Source: an uncultured Deinococcaceae bacterium (lineage in GTDB: Bacteria > Deinococcota > Deinococci > Deinococcales > Deinococcaceae). Taken from it: 64,000 nt of DNA. Location of the stretch: positions 32,001 through 96,000 of the forward strand of contig CAXULY010000004.1 in NCBI GenBank assembly GCA_964252075.1, in the 5' to 3' direction. Positions 1 through 13,882 of the stretch are shown here, in pieces. The notes beneath the pieces are model-generated. The model was not told where the DNA came from. It did not search any database and saw nothing but the letters and a program-made list of their open reading frames with translations. Every line of letters begins with the position of its first letter. Position 1 is the stretch's first letter. The position numbers and the translations under genes are program-made.

Positions 1-260
1 AGCAGGTACAGGTTCTCCACGCGCTTGTCGCGGATCATGGCCTGACGCAGCTTGCATTTGCCTTCCAGCACGTCCACGAGGTCGAACACCACGCGGCTCT
101 CAAGGCCCATCACCACGTCGAGGTTGCGCAGGCCCACGTCCACGTCGATCACGACGACCTTCTCACCCAGTTTGGCAAGCGCCGTCCCGATGTTGGCGGT
201 GGTGGTGGTCTTGCCGACCCCCCCTTTGCCGGACGTGACGACAATGATTTTGGCGTTCAA
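1..260 (-). CDS. minD: Septum site-determining ATPase MinD, N-terminal part (runs off window)
   Basis: Manual translation from TTG at 260 (AGGAGAG RBS upstream): LNAKIIVVTSGKGGVGKTTTTANIG...VIDVDVGLRNLDVVMGLE. Confidence 0.92.
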   Translation of the reverse strand, partial: MNAKIIVVTSGKGGVGKTTTTANIGTALAKLGEKVVVIDVDVGLRNLDVVMGLESRVVFDLVDVLEGKCKLRQAMIRDKRVENLYL

Positions 261-474
261 CGGCTCTCCTCCTTCGGCCCGCGCCAGCCCACCCGAGCCC
301 GGGAGCCGGGGACCTGTGCCGTGAGCATTGCACAGCAGTCTACAAGATGAAACTGACGCGGCGAGGAAGTGCGGTGGGTGGGGTCCGGGAACGCCGCCTC
401 CGCTGGGTTTCGTGTTATGAAGCCCATGCATCACCGGCAAGGGCTCCTCCCGCGCGCCTACCACAACGAAAGGA

Positions 475-504
475 AGGGCGGTGGAGCTTTTGCTCCACCG
501 CCCT
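475..504. terminator. Hairpin downstream of ftsH, probable terminator
   Basis: 13-bp perfect inverted repeat AGGGCGGTGGAGC-TTTT-GCTCCACCGCCCT. Confidence 0.6.
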
Positions 505-521
505 CCAAAACGCTTGCGGTC

Positions 522-2387
<1,866 letters not shown>

Positions 2388-2432
2388 GACATTCCTCCAA
2401 GTGCGCGGCCACTGTGCAGTCCGCCCACTTGA

Positions 2433-2453
2433 CTTGAGTGTATCAGACTCAGA
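2433..2453. promoter_or_regulatory. HAIR-like HspR operator overlapping the ftsH -10 (TACACT)
   Basis: CTTGAGT-N7-ACTCAGA versus HAIR consensus CTTGAGT-N7-ACTCAAG. Confidence 0.75.
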
Positions 2454-2568
2454 TTTGCGCGAGGTGTGCCCTCTTACACGCTGTGGCTTAAGGCAACGAT
2501 GAGACTTGCGGCGCGCGCTGTGACGCCCGCCCACGGCGGCGGCGCGGATGGGCGTATCCTGCAGGGGA

Positions 2569-3975
2569 ATGATCGAGCTCTCGACCACCTGGCAACAAGT
2601 GACGCAGGCCCTCGAACACGAGGATTTCGACGCGGCGTACGCCGTGCTCGACGGGGCCATGACGGGCGCCACGCGCAGCCAGCAGGCCAGACTCATGCTG
2701 TACGCCGCCAGCCTCCACAGCCTCTACGGCGATCCCGGCGTGCCGGACCTGGAGGGCGCCTTGAAGGAAGCCGCCCGCCTGGACGCGGGCGTGCGCTCAG
2801 ACGCCCTGTACGTCGCCCTGCACGCCGAACTGCGCGCCCGACAGGAGGCCGAGCAGGCGCCAGCGCCGCCCCCACAGGCCCTCACGGGGGACGCCCTGGC
2901 GCGCTACCACGCCATGAGCGCCCTGGCGCTCAGCGGGCGCGCGCAGGAGGCGCTGGACGCCGCGCCGCCCGCGAACGAACTGCCCGCGCACCTGCGCTGG
3001 CGCCTGCGCAGCTGGCAGGCGGACAGCGAGGAGGCGCTCGGGCACCTCGACGACGCCGGGCACCTGTACGCGGAGGCGGCGCACCTGTCGCAGGGCCTGA
3101 ACCGCGCCATCATGCTGCAGGAGCAGGCGGCGGTCCTGATCAGCCAGGAACGCCAGCCGGACGCGCTGGAGATCCTGGCGCGCGCGCGCGGCGGGTACAG
3201 CGCGGACGCCGCCACGCAGGAAGCGGAGGCGCTGCACCTCGCGGGCTGGCATTACCTGCAGGCGCAGGTGGAACTCGCGCTGGAACGCGCGGACGACGCC
3301 CTGAGGGACATTCAGGAAGCGGACCGCCTGGAGCGCCTGCACGGCGACCCGAGTTACGGCGTGGCGCTGGTGTGGGGGCAGGTGCTGAGCCACCAGGGCC
3401 GTCAGCAGGAGGCCGTCGCGCACTTCGAGGAGGCGCTGCGCCGCGCCGGACCGAAGGACCGCCCGTACGCGCTGCACGAGCTGGGCGTCGCGTACCTGGA
3501 CCTGGACCGCCCGGTGGAGGCCCGCGAGCGCCTACAGGAGGCGCTGGGCGCACTGGATTACCCGTTCGCGCCGGAGGTGCACGCGGACCTCGCGGAGAGC
3601 GAGTACCGCCTGGGGCGCCTCGCGGAGGCCGAGGCGAGCGCGCAGCACGCCCTGTCGCAGGGCGCGGCGGTGCCCGCGAGCCTCGTGCTGGGCTCCGTGG
3701 CGCTCGATTACTACCACCTGGAGGAGGCGCTGGAGCACTACGAACGGGTGGTGCGGGAGGCCGCGCCCGGCAGCCGCGACTGGATCACCGGGCACCAGAT
3801 GGCGGCGGACGTGATGGCGCAGCTGGGCTTCCCGGACCCCGGCGCGGCCTACGCCCACGCGCAGACGGCGCTGGAGTACACGGACCCCAGTGACGAGTGG
3901 CACGCGACCCTGCACGAGCACCTGGACCGCGCGCAGACCCAGCTGGAGAGCGGGCGCAAACGCACACTCAACTGA
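2569..3975 (+). CDS. Tetratricopeptide-repeat protein
   Basis: All-helical repeats ([26 protein letters not shown]); TATCCT -10 upstream. Confidence 0.8.
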   Translation: MIELSTTWQQVTQALEHEDFDAAYAVLDGAMTGATRSQQARLMLYAASLHSLYGDPGVPDLEGALKEAARLDAGVRSDALYVALHAELRARQEAEQAPAPPPQALTGDALARYHAMSALALSGRAQEALDAAPPANELPAHLRWRLRSWQADSEEALGHLDDAGHLYAEAAHLSQGLNRAIMLQEQAAVLISQERQPDALEILARARGGYSADAATQEAEALHLAGWHYLQAQVELALERADDALRDIQEADRLERLHGDPSYGVALVWGQVLSHQGRQQEAVAHFEEALRRAGPKDRPYALHELGVAYLDLDRPVEARERLQEALGALDYPFAPEVHADLAESEYRLGRLAEAEASAQHALSQGAAVPASLVLGSVALDYYHLEEALEHYERVVREAAPGSRDWITGHQMAADVMAQLGFPDPGAAYAHAQTALEYTDPSDEWHATLHEHLDRAQTQLESGRKRTLN

Positions 3976-4030
3976 GGTGAACCGTGACATTTGCGCTCGC
4001 GGGCACCGCGCGGCGCTCTAGCATGGCGGC

Positions 4031-4282
4031 GTGGACGATGAACTGCAAGGCGCCCTGGCCTCGATGCAGTCGGCGTTCGGCAGCGACGCCGGGGTCTTCC
4101 CGGCGCGCGGCCTGGTGTTCGTGACGGTGCCGGGCGAGGCGAACCGCACGTACCGTGAGGCGGACGTGCTGCAGCACTGGCGGCGCCTGCAGGCTTCGGG
4201 CGGCGCGCTGACGCTCGGCCCGGCGTGGCTCAAGACCTTCTGGGACACCCTCCCGCAATTCCAGTACGGCCTGAAGAACTGA
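4031..4282 (+). CDS. Small hypothetical protein
   Basis: 83 aa, GC3-biased codons, TAGCAT 6 nt before GTG. Confidence 0.65.
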   Translation: MDDELQGALASMQSAFGSDAGVFPARGLVFVTVPGEANRTYREADVLQHWRRLQASGGALTLGPAWLKTFWDTLPQFQYGLKN

Positions 4283-4294
4283 CCTGTGCAGGAC

Positions 4295-4329
4295 AAAAAA
4301 GGGAACGCGGTTCTTGCGAACCGCGTTCC
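4295..4329 (-). terminator. Intrinsic terminator after the tRNA pair
   Basis: GGAACGCGGTTC/GAACCGCGTTCC hairpin followed by a U-tract on the minus strand. Confidence 0.7.
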
Positions 4330-4333
4330 TGTC

Positions 4334-4415
<82 letters not shown>

Positions 4416-4447
4416 ACACCCCAACCTAACACATTCACTGGCTGCCC

Positions 4448-4523
4448 TGGTGGGCCCTACAGGACTTGAACCTGTAACCAATCGGTTATGAGCCGACTGC
4501 TCTAACCATTGAGCTAAGAGCCC
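4448..4523 (-). tRNA. tRNA with CAT anticodon, probably tRNA-Ile2 (lysidine)
   Basis: GGGCTCTTAGCTCAATGGTTAGAGCAGTCGGCTCATAACCGATTGGTTACAGGTTCAAGTCCTGTAGGGCCCACCA; paired G1-C72 and no GGG/CCC initiator stem. Confidence 0.88.
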
Positions 4524-4615
4524 CCTAGCCGCGCAGCGACAGGGACTATAGCAACCATTCTCGCCGCTTGTCAAACCGCCTCCCGGAAGGGGAAGCGGGC
4601 AGGTATGCTGGGCGA

Positions 4616-5935
4616 ATGATGGCCGACCGACACGTCCTGCACGTCGCATCCGAGGTCTTCCCGTTTTCCAGGACCGGGGGGCTGGCCGATGTGCTGGGCG
4701 CCCTCCCCCGCACGCAGGCGCAAATGGGACTGCAGGTGAGTGTCCTGAGCCCCTGGTACCTGGACCTGCAGGGCGACCCCGACGAACTGCTGCGCGGCGA
4801 CGGCTGGCGCCTGGGCGAGATCGTGCAGGATGACGTGCGTTACCTGTTCCTGGAGACGCCGGGCTTCGACCGCCCCGGCCTGTACGCGAGTGACGACGTG
4901 TGGCGCTTCTCGCACTGGGGACGCGTGGCACTCACGGCGGTGCGCGAGGCGGGCGCGTGGCCGAGCGTGCTGCACGGGCACGACTGGGCGGCCGGACTGC
5001 CCGTGTGGCTGGCGAGGGACGCGGGCGTGCCGAGCGTGTTCACCATCCACAACCTGCAGTACCAGGGCCGCTGGAACATTCAGGACGCCCTGCCGTGGAC
5101 GGGCCTCCCAGTGTCCGCGTACGAGGGCGTGGAGTTCTACGGCGACCTGGATCTCATGAAGGCGGGGCTGGTGGCCGCGAGCGCCGTGACGACCGTGAGC
5201 CCCACCTACGCCGAGGAGATCCTCACGCCGCGCTTCGGGGAGGGCCTGGACGGCGTGCTGCGCGCGCGCGGCGGCGTGACAGGCATCCTGAACGGCCTGG
5301 ACACCCAGCGCTGGAACCCGGAGACCGACGCGCACCTGACCGCGACCTACGGGAACACCGCGGGCAAGGCCCCGAACCGGGCGGCATTGCGCGCGGAGTT
5401 CACGCTGGATAAGGCGCCCGTGCTGACCTGCGTGAGCCGTCTGGTGGAGCAGAAGGGCCTGGACCTGCTGCTCGCGGTCCTGCCGCGCGTGCTGGAGCAG
5501 TGGAACGTGATCGTGCTGGGCAGCGGCGACCCCGCCCTGGAGGCGGGCTTCGAGGCGATCAGCGGCCACCCGCGCTTCCGGCACGTGTCCGGCATGCACG
5601 AGGCGCTGTCGCACCGCCTGTACGCGGGCGCGGACGCCTTCGTGATGCCCAGCCGCTTCGAGCCGTGCGGCCTGTCGCAGATGATCGCCATGCGCTACGG
5701 CACGCCCGTCGTGGCGCACGCCACGGGCGGCCTGCGCGACACCGTGACGGACGACGTGGGCTTCACCTTCGCGGAGTTCAGCGAGGACGCCCTGCTGGAG
5801 GCCCTGACGCGCGCGCGCGCCGCGTACGCGCAGTACGGCGGGTGGCTGGGCCGCGTGAAGCGCGCCATGAGCCTGGATTTCTCGTGGCCGGTGCACGCCC
5901 GGCAGTACCTCGACCTGTACGAGCGCCTGACCTGA
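4616..5935 (+). CDS. glgA: Glycogen synthase
   Basis: RTGGLADV, HGHDW, TIHNLQYQG, PSRFEPCGLSQM. Confidence 0.95.
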   Translation: MMADRHVLHVASEVFPFSRTGGLADVLGALPRTQAQMGLQVSVLSPWYLDLQGDPDELLRGDGWRLGEIVQDDVRYLFLETPGFDRPGLYASDDVWRFSHWGRVALTAVREAGAWPSVLHGHDWAAGLPVWLARDAGVPSVFTIHNLQYQGRWNIQDALPWTGLPVSAYEGVEFYGDLDLMKAGLVAASAVTTVSPTYAEEILTPRFGEGLDGVLRARGGVTGILNGLDTQRWNPETDAHLTATYGNTAGKAPNRAALRAEFTLDKAPVLTCVSRLVEQKGLDLLLAVLPRVLEQWNVIVLGSGDPALEAGFEAISGHPRFRHVSGMHEALSHRLYAGADAFVMPSRFEPCGLSQMIAMRYGTPVVAHATGGLRDTVTDDVGFTFAEFSEDALLEALTRARAAYAQYGGWLGRVKRAMSLDFSWPVHARQYLDLYERLT

Positions 5936-5975
5936 GCGGTGGTCGGCGGGGCCGGGCCTGCACTATCCTGACGCG

Positions 5976-6719
5976 GTGACGGAAACGGCTCCAGACACAA
6001 GCCTCGCGGTGGGCACGGCGGTGGTGCTGGTCTCCCCCAAGAACCCCGGCAACGTGGGGGCCGCCGCGCGCGCCATGCTGAACATGGGCGCGCGCGACCT
6101 GCGGCTGGTCGCGCCGCGCTGCGACCACCTGTCCGGCGAGGCGCGCGCGCTCGCGGTGCACGCGGGCGAGGTGCTCCAGGCGGCGCGCGTTTACGCCACG
6201 CTCGCGGAGGCGCTCGCGGACCGCGACCTCGCGGTGGGCACCACGGCGCGCGAGCGCGCGGACCTGCCCGCGCCGCGCCTGCCCGCGCAGTGGCGCGCGC
6301 TCTTCCAGGTGGCGGCGGCGCCCGCGCTGGTGTTCGGGCCGGAGGAGTCCGGCCTGAGCGGCGACGACCTCGCCCTGTGCCAGGCGACGGTGCGCATTCC
6401 CACCGGGGAGTACGCCAGCCTGAACCTCGCTCAGGCGGTGCTGCTGGTGTGTTACGAGTTCCTGCAGGGCGGCGACGCGCCACCCGTGGAGCGCAAGCGC
6501 GCACCGCGCGAGGAGATGGACGGCCTGTACGCGCAACTGCGGGACCTCATGCACCTGATCGGGTACACGGACGAGCAGCGCGAGCGGCACACCCTGCGCC
6601 TGTGGCGCGCGCTGCTGGACCGCGCGGAACCGTCGAGCGCCGAGGTGCGGCTCGTCCGGGGCTTCCTGAGTCAGGCGCGCTGGGCCGCCGTGGAGGGCCG
6701 CCCAGACCGCGAGTCCTGA
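5976..6719 (+). CDS. TrmJ/LasT-family SPOUT RNA methyltransferase
   Basis: PKNPGNVGAAARAMLNMG, VFGPEESGLS, SLNLAQAV. Confidence 0.9.
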   Translation: MTETAPDTSLAVGTAVVLVSPKNPGNVGAAARAMLNMGARDLRLVAPRCDHLSGEARALAVHAGEVLQAARVYATLAEALADRDLAVGTTARERADLPAPRLPAQWRALFQVAAAPALVFGPEESGLSGDDLALCQATVRIPTGEYASLNLAQAVLLVCYEFLQGGDAPPVERKRAPREEMDGLYAQLRDLMHLIGYTDEQRERHTLRLWRALLDRAEPSSAEVRLVRGFLSQARWAAVEGRPDRES

Positions 6720-6727
6720 AGGGACCG

Positions 6728-7195
6728 TCAGCCCACGGAGTCGTCGTGCTCGGCGCTCAGCTGCCGGGACAGGCGACCCAGCAGGTTCAGCGTGACCAGC
6801 AGCAGCAGCGTCATGGCGAGCGCGAACACGTACAGGTGCAGCCCGCACGCCACCCCGACGCCCGCCGTGACGAGCAGCCCGGCGGCGGTGGTGACGCCGC
6901 GTGGTCGCCCGCGGTCCGAGAAGATGATGCCCGCGCCCAGGAAGCTCACGCCGCTCACCACGGCGCCCAGCAGCCCGATCAGGTCGAAGCGCACCTGCGC
7001 GGCGTCCCCCGCGAAGCGCACGATGATGGTGTCGGCCAGCACCACGAACAGCGCCGAGCCCATGCCCACCAGGATGTGCGTCCTGAGGCCCGCCCCGCGG
7101 CCCCGCCACTCGCGCTCCCAGCCGATCAGGGCGCTCAGCACGAAGGCCGCGAGCGGGCCCTGCACCAGCCGCAGTTCCTCCACGACTTCATTCAC
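6728..7195 (-). CDS. MgtC/SapB-family membrane protein
   Basis: IGWERE...[26 protein letters not shown]. Confidence 0.9.
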   Translation of the reverse strand: MNEVVEELRLVQGPLAAFVLSALIGWEREWRGRGAGLRTHILVGMGSALFVVLADTIIVRFAGDAAQVRFDLIGLLGAVVSGVSFLGAGIIFSDRGRPRGVTTAAGLLVTAGVGVACGLHLYVFALAMTLLLLVTLNLLGRLSRQLSAEHDDSVG

Positions 7196-7309
7196 GACCG
7201 CAGCGTACGGGGTGAGTGACCACAGCGGCGTGAGCGCCGCATCCCCACGCGTTGATGGACGGCCCCCAACGCCTCAATTCCCCTGCGGACCCCGACCTAG
7301 ACTGGGGGC

Positions 7310-9046
7310 GTGAGTCTTCCCATCTTCTCCGGCAGCCCCCAGGTGACGCCACCGCCCGATGTGCGGGCCGCGCGGCGCATCCGGCTGGTGCAGGCGCTGC
7401 TGCCGCCCACCATCGTGCTGGTGGTGGTGCTGTACGAGGTGTTTCTGGTGCCGGCCCTCGGGGCGCGCCAAGAGCTGACCGCGCACCTGGCCTTCTACGG
7501 TCTGGTGGGGCCGCTCGTCACGTTCTTCACGCTGCGCTGGCTGGAGCGCGGCGTGGTGGCGCGCGAGGCCGCCGAGATCGAGCTGCGGCGCCTGTACGGC
7601 GAGCTGCGCGCCTCGCACCACCAGCTGGACACCGTGCAGGCCCTCATCCGCACGCTCGCGGAGGCCGCAGACCTCGACGAGGTGCTGGATGAGGCGGCGC
7701 AGGGCGCGCTGCGCGCCACGGGCGCCACGCACGCGCGCCTGAACCTGCCGGGCCTGGAGCGCCGCGCGCGCAGCGAGCACACGCTGCTGGAGAGCCCCTC
7801 GGCGGACCTCAGGGCGCTCACGTTGCCCCTCACGGGCGGCGGCCTGCCGCTCGGGGAGCTGCAACTGCATTTCGAGCGGCCGCCCACCGATGACCTGCTG
7901 CGCCTCGCGGGCGCCGTCGCGGCGGAGGTCGGCACGGCGATCGAGGCGGCGCGCAACCGCACGCGGGACCTCATGACCCTGTACGAGGTGGACCAGTCCA
8001 TCCGCGCGGAGCGCAACATGCGCCGGTTGCTGGAGCGGCTCACGGGGAACATCGCGGGGCGCGTCGCGGCGAACGCCCGCGCCGCGTACCTGACGGACCA
8101 GGACGGCGTGCTGCGCCTCACCTGGGCGAGCGACCTGACGGGCGAGGTGAGCCGCGGCGGCTTCGTGGCGCCCTTCGCGCGGCGCACGGCGGAGGCGGGC
8201 GGCCCGCTCCTCGCGACGCCCGAGGAGGCCGCCGAGGTCTTCACGGGCGCGCAGAGCGCCCTGGGCCTCCCCATGCTGGGCGAGGACGGCCTGACGGGCG
8301 TGATCGTGCTGGGTCGCGCGGAACCGCACGCCTTCGAGGGCGCGCGGCTGTCCCTGCTGGCGCTTCTGGCGTCGCAGGCGACCCTCGCGGTGCGCAACGC
8401 CCGCGCGTACCTGTACAGCGAGGAACTCGCGATCGGGGAGGAGCGCAGCCGCATCGCGCGTGAGATTCACGACGGCGTCGCGCAGTCCCTGGCCTTCTGC
8501 GCCTTGAAGCTGGACGTGGCGGAGCGGCAGGTGCGCGCGGACCCGGAGCGCGCCGAGGAGGAGATTCAGGTCGCCAAGACCATCCTGCGCGAGCAGATCC
8601 GCGAGGTGCGCCGCAGCATCTTCGCCTTGCGGCCCATCGATCTGGAGCGCTATGGGCTGCTGGAGACGGTGCGGCGCTACGTGTCGGACTTCGGGGAGCA
8701 GAACAACCTGCGCACGCACCTGAACGTGCACGGCGAGGTGACGCTCTCGCCGGGCGACGAGGCGGTGGTGTTCCGGATTCTGCAGGAGAGCCTGAACAAC
8801 GTCGCGAAGCACGCGCGCGCGCGCGAGCTGTGGGTGGACCTCACGGGCGGCCCCAGCGTGCAGCTGATGGTGCGCGACGACGGCCTGGGCTTCGACCTGG
8901 AGCAGGTGTCGGGGCGCGTGTCGAGCGCGGGCGGCCTGGGCCTCGCGCAGATGCGCGAGCGCGTCGAGAGCCGCGGCGGGCACTACAGCGTGCTGAGCGA
9001 ACCGGGACGCGGCACGCTGGTGGAGGCGAGCCTCCCGCAGCGCTGA
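7310..9046 (+). CDS. Membrane GAF-domain sensor histidine kinase (HisKA_3 type)
   Basis: Two TMs, GAF-like regions, [36 protein letters not shown]. Confidence 0.92.
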   Translation: MSLPIFSGSPQVTPPPDVRAARRIRLVQALLPPTIVLVVVLYEVFLVPALGARQELTAHLAFYGLVGPLVTFFTLRWLERGVVAREAAEIELRRLYGELRASHHQLDTVQALIRTLAEAADLDEVLDEAAQGALRATGATHARLNLPGLERRARSEHTLLESPSADLRALTLPLTGGGLPLGELQLHFERPPTDDLLRLAGAVAAEVGTAIEAARNRTRDLMTLYEVDQSIRAERNMRRLLERLTGNIAGRVAANARAAYLTDQDGVLRLTWASDLTGEVSRGGFVAPFARRTAEAGGPLLATPEEAAEVFTGAQSALGLPMLGEDGLTGVIVLGRAEPHAFEGARLSLLALLASQATLAVRNARAYLYSEELAIGEERSRIAREIHDGVAQSLAFCALKLDVAERQVRADPERAEEEIQVAKTILREQIREVRRSIFALRPIDLERYGLLETVRRYVSDFGEQNNLRTHLNVHGEVTLSPGDEAVVFRILQESLNNVAKHARARELWVDLTGGPSVQLMVRDDGLGFDLEQVSGRVSSAGGLGLAQMRERVESRGGHYSVLSEPGRGTLVEASLPQR

Positions 9047-9076
9047 GCGGGCCGGAGCGCCTGTACAGTGGGGGGC

Positions 9077-9802
9077 ATGGCTGACCGCCGCGCCCCCAAC
9101 TTCTGGCCCCGCCGCACCGCGCCGCCCTCCGGTGAGCGCCACGCGCCCATCGAGGTGGGGCGCCTGCACGCCTTCACGGACGGGGTGTTCGCGATTGCCG
9201 CGACGCTGCTGGTGCTGGAACTGCGCGTGCCGGAACTCGCGGAGCGGCTCTCCGGCGCCGCGCAGGAGCGCGCGTTGCTGCGCGGGCTAGGCGCCCTGTG
9301 GCCGCAGTTCCTGGCGTTCGGGCTGAGTTTCGTGCTGATCGGGCGGATGTGGGTGCTGCACAGCCGCTTCACCTGGGGCCTGCGCCGCGCGGACGCCGGG
9401 CTGGGGCAGCTGAACCTGCTGTACCTCCTCACCATCTCGCTGCTGCCGTTCAGCTCCGCGCTGCTGGGCGCGCACGGGAACCTGCGCGTGAGCTGGTGGG
9501 TGTACTGCCTGAACCTTGTCCTGATGGAGGTGTGCTTCCTGCGGCTGCTGACGTACGCCGCGCGGCACGGCAACCCCAGCGCCACCACGCACGCGCAGTG
9601 GCTGGGCACGCGCGCGCAGGCGCTCGCGGCGCTGTTGGTGTTCGTGCTGGCCGCACTGATCGCCGCGTGGAACGTCACCGCGGGCGAGCTGTCCACCCTG
9701 CTGCTCATTCCGGCGGGCGCCCTCGCCCACGCGCGCCGCGCACCCACGCCGCCTGACGCCGCGCCGGACGAGGACGCGCCCGAGGCGCCCGCCGCGCGTT
9801 AG
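9077..9802 (+). CDS. TMEM175-family K+ channel
   Basis: RLHAFTDGVFAIAATLLVLEL signature, about 6 TMs. Confidence 0.85.
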   Translation: MADRRAPNFWPRRTAPPSGERHAPIEVGRLHAFTDGVFAIAATLLVLELRVPELAERLSGAAQERALLRGLGALWPQFLAFGLSFVLIGRMWVLHSRFTWGLRRADAGLGQLNLLYLLTISLLPFSSALLGAHGNLRVSWWVYCLNLVLMEVCFLRLLTYAARHGNPSATTHAQWLGTRAQALAALLVFVLAALIAAWNVTAGELSTLLLIPAGALAHARRAPTPPDAAPDEDAPEAPAAR

Positions 9803-9812
9803 ACTGCCCGGC

Positions 9813-10859
9813 ATGAGCCTTGAATTCCTACGGCCGCTGCTGGAAGCGGCGGGCCCCAGCGGCTCCGAGCGGCGCGCGGCGGACGTGTGGCGCCGCGAGG
9901 CGGAGACCTTCGCGGACCGCGTGTACGAGGACCACTACGGCAACGTGTACGCCGAGATCGGGCCGCAGGACGCCGCGCCCGTCGCGCTGCTCGGGCACAT
10001 CGACGAGATCGGCCTGATGGTGTCGCACGTGGACGACAAGGGCCACGTGGCGGTGCTGGGCGTGGGCGGCTGGGACCCGCAGGTGCTGGTCGGTCAGCGC
10101 GTGCGCCTCCTCGCGCCCGGCGGGGACCTGCTCGCGGTGGTGGGCAAGAAGGCCATCCACCTGATGGACACCGCGGACCGCGAGAAGGCCAGCAAGATGG
10201 AGGACCTGTGGCTCGACACGGGCCTCACGCCGGACGAGGTGCGCGAGCGCGTGCCGGTCGGCACGGTGGGCGTGGTGGAGCAGCCTGTCGTGGTGATCGG
10301 GGAGCGCGTGGTGAGCCGCGCGCTCGACAACCGCATCGGCGCGTACGTGGTGCTGGAGGCGCTCCGCGCCGCGAAGGAACGCGGCGCGGCGCGGCGCGTG
10401 GTGGCGGTCGCGACGGCGCAGGAGGAGATCGGGCTGTTCGGCGCGCAGGTCGCGAGCTTCCGCCTGGAACCCGAGGCGCTCATCGCGGTGGACGTGACGC
10501 ACGAGACGGACCAGCCGGGCGCGAACGAGAAGAAGCTGGGCCGCGCGCCCTTCGGGAGTGGCGCGAACCTCTCGGTGGGCGCCATGAGCAACCCCGTGGT
10601 GGTGCGCGCCCTGCAGGCCGCCGCCGCCAAGGAGAACATCCCGTACTCCCTGTCCGCGAACCCGCGCTACACCGGCACGGACTCCGACAGCGCGACCCTC
10701 ACGCGCGCGGGCGTGCCGTCCGCGGTGGTGAGCATCCCCGAGCGGTACATGCACTCCCCCAGCGAGATGGTGGACCTGCACGACGTGCGCGCCTGCATCA
10801 ACATCATCGCGGCGTGGGTGTCGGGCCACCCGGAGAACGTCGACTACACCCGCAAGTAA
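9813..10859 (+). CDS. M42-family aminopeptidase
   Basis: GHIDEIG, RALDNRIG, QEEIG, RYMHSPSE. Confidence 0.92.
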   Translation: MSLEFLRPLLEAAGPSGSERRAADVWRREAETFADRVYEDHYGNVYAEIGPQDAAPVALLGHIDEIGLMVSHVDDKGHVAVLGVGGWDPQVLVGQRVRLLAPGGDLLAVVGKKAIHLMDTADREKASKMEDLWLDTGLTPDEVRERVPVGTVGVVEQPVVVIGERVVSRALDNRIGAYVVLEALRAAKERGAARRVVAVATAQEEIGLFGAQVASFRLEPEALIAVDVTHETDQPGANEKKLGRAPFGSGANLSVGAMSNPVVVRALQAAAAKENIPYSLSANPRYTGTDSDSATLTRAGVPSAVVSIPERYMHSPSEMVDLHDVRACINIIAAWVSGHPENVDYTRK

Positions 10860-10867
10860 GCAGCAGG

Positions 10868-10899
10868 AGAGGGGGCGGGCGCATGCGCCCGCCCCCTCT
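10868..10899. terminator. Hairpin between convergent M42 and dgt genes
   Basis: AGAGGGGGCGGGCGC-AT-GCGCCCGCCCCCTCT. Confidence 0.7.
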
Positions 10900-10905
10900 T
10901 ACCTC

Positions 10906-12066
10906 TTATGTCTGCGCGTACGGTTCGTAGAGCTTCTGGTACTCGTCCATCGCGAAGCGGTCCGTCATGCCCGCGAGGTAATCGCACACGGCACGCTCCA
11001 GGCCCACGTCGTGCTCGCGCGCCTGCACGTCCGGCGGCAGCATGGCGGGGCGCCCCAGGTACGCCTTGAAGAGCGTCGTGAGGATGTGCTCCGCCTTGTG
11101 CACCTGCCGCTCCACGCGGTGGTGGTGGTATAGCCGCGCGCGCAGGAAGGCCTTCAGTTCCCGCAGGTCGCGCGCCGCCTCCACGCTCGGGCCCACCAGC
11201 GGGCCCCGGTGCTCCCGCACGTCCATCAGGTTCTGCACGTTCGCGGCCTGCAGGCGCCGCTCCGTCTCCTGAATGAGGTCCGTGATCATCCAGCCGAGCA
11301 GCTCGCGGATCAGCACGCGCCGTTCCTTCTCGTGCACGTGCAGCGGGTCGAACTTCAGTTGCGCCGTGAAGCGGTCCCACAGCGCGAGCCCCGCGAGGTT
11401 CGCGGGCGTGATGAGGCCGCTGCGCAGGCCGTCGTCGAGGTCGTGCGCGTTGTACGCGGTTTCGTCCGCGATGTTCGCGAGTTGCGCCTCCAGGCTGGGG
11501 CTCCAGTCCGGCTCGTACCCCGGGATGCCGCGCGTCTCGGGCTGCGTGAAGAGCGTCTCGTGCTTCGCGATGCCCTCCAGCGTCTCCCACGTGAGGTTCA
11601 GACCAGGAAAGCCCTCGTAGCGGTCCTCCAGCTTGGTCACGATGCGCATGCTCTGGCGGTTGTGCTCGAAACCGCCGTAATCGCGCATGAGGTCGTTCAG
11701 GATGCCTTCGCCCGCGTGCCCGAAGGGGGGGTGCCCCAGGTCGTGCGCGAGCGAGATGGTCTCCGCGAGCGTCTCGTTCAGGCCCAGCGCGAGCGCCACG
11801 CTGCGCGCAACCTGCGCGACCTCCAGGGTGTGCGTGAGCCGCGTGCGGTAGTAGTCGCCCTGGTGGTTCACGAACACCTGCGTCTTGTACTCCAGGCGCC
11901 TGAAGGCGGTGGTGTGCAGCACGCGGTCGCGGTCCTTCTGGTAGGGCGTGCGGTAGGTGCTCTCGGCTTCCGGGTAGGTGCGGCCCCTGGAGTCGGCTCC
12001 CAGGGTCGCGTAGGGCGCTAGGGTGGCCCGCTCGCGCTCCAGCAGGGCCTCGCGGGTGAAGAGCAT
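10906..12066 (-). CDS. dgt: dNTP/dGTP triphosphohydrolase (HD domain)
   Basis: FRRLEYKTQVF, RTRLTHTLEV, HDLGHPPFGHAGE, DYLAGMTDRFA. Confidence 0.93.
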   Translation of the reverse strand: MLFTREALLERERATLAPYATLGADSRGRTYPEAESTYRTPYQKDRDRVLHTTAFRRLEYKTQVFVNHQGDYYRTRLTHTLEVAQVARSVALALGLNETLAETISLAHDLGHPPFGHAGEGILNDLMRDYGGFEHNRQSMRIVTKLEDRYEGFPGLNLTWETLEGIAKHETLFTQPETRGIPGYEPDWSPSLEAQLANIADETAYNAHDLDDGLRSGLITPANLAGLALWDRFTAQLKFDPLHVHEKERRVLIRELLGWMITDLIQETERRLQAANVQNLMDVREHRGPLVGPSVEAARDLRELKAFLRARLYHHHRVERQVHKAEHILTTLFKAYLGRPAMLPPDVQAREHDVGLERAVCDYLAGMTDRFAMDEYQKLYEPYAQT

Positions 12067-12097
12067 ACCGGCAGGGTAGCAGAGGCCGCGCAGGGCC

Positions 12098-12834
12098 TCA
12101 GTGGGCGCGTTCCAACAGGGCGTTCAGGAAGTCCAGGAGGTGCGCGCGCAGGGCGTCCGCGTGCGTGAGCCACGGCACGTGCGCCGCGCCCGCGAGGGAC
12201 ACGAAGCGCGCGTGCGGCAGCAGCGCCGCGAGTTGCCGCAAGGGCCAGTCCGGGCGGATGTCCGTCTCGCCCCCCAGCACCAGGGCGGGCACGGGGAGGC
12301 CCGCGAGGCGGCGCAACAGGTCCGGCGTCTTGATGAACCGCCGCCAGGACGCGAGGGCCTCCTCGTTCACCTGTGGGTTGTACGGCGGCGGGGGTTCAGG
12401 CGTCTGGTCGAGGCCCGCGTCATTCCCGCGGTGGTACGCGGCACTCCAGTCGCGGTCGTTCTGCACGCCCGTGCCGCACAGGTGCAGCAGGCCCAGCGCG
12501 CGCCCTGGGTGGTGCAGGGCGTAGGCGAGCGCGAGGTCCGCGCCCCACGAGTGCCCACCCACCACCCAGCGCTCCACGCCCAGCTTGGCCCGCACCGCCT
12601 CCAGGTCCGCGAGGGTCGTGGCGAGGTCGTAGGGGCCGGGCCGCGAGGCGCGCCCGCAGCCGCGCACCTCCACGCGCAGCACGCGCGCCGCCCCCGAGAG
12701 GAGGTCTGCGACGGGCTGCAGGTAGTCATCGCAGCCGGGACCGCCGTTCAGGAGCAGCAGGGCCGGGCCGTCACCCTCCTCCATCAGCCACAGGCGGGCG
12801 CCGTTCACGCCCAGCGCCCGCCCGTGGCCGGGCA

Positions 12835-12835
<1 letters not shown>
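12098..12835 (-). CDS. Alpha/beta hydrolase (proline iminopeptidase-like)
   Basis: GGPG, GHSWG, C-terminal AAH; ATG overlaps the pfkA stop. Confidence 0.85.
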
Positions 12836-13803
<968 letters not shown>

Positions 13804-13882
13804 GCGGATTCCGGAGCGCCCGGCTGGGGGCGGGGGTGGGCGGGGGTGGTCAGGGTGTGCGGCATGGGGAAACCTCCGGACG

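Noticed and set aside
10906..12066. dGTPase as an anti-phage defence gene
   Set aside because: Short housekeeping-type Dgt in a core pfkA neighbourhood with no defence-island context.
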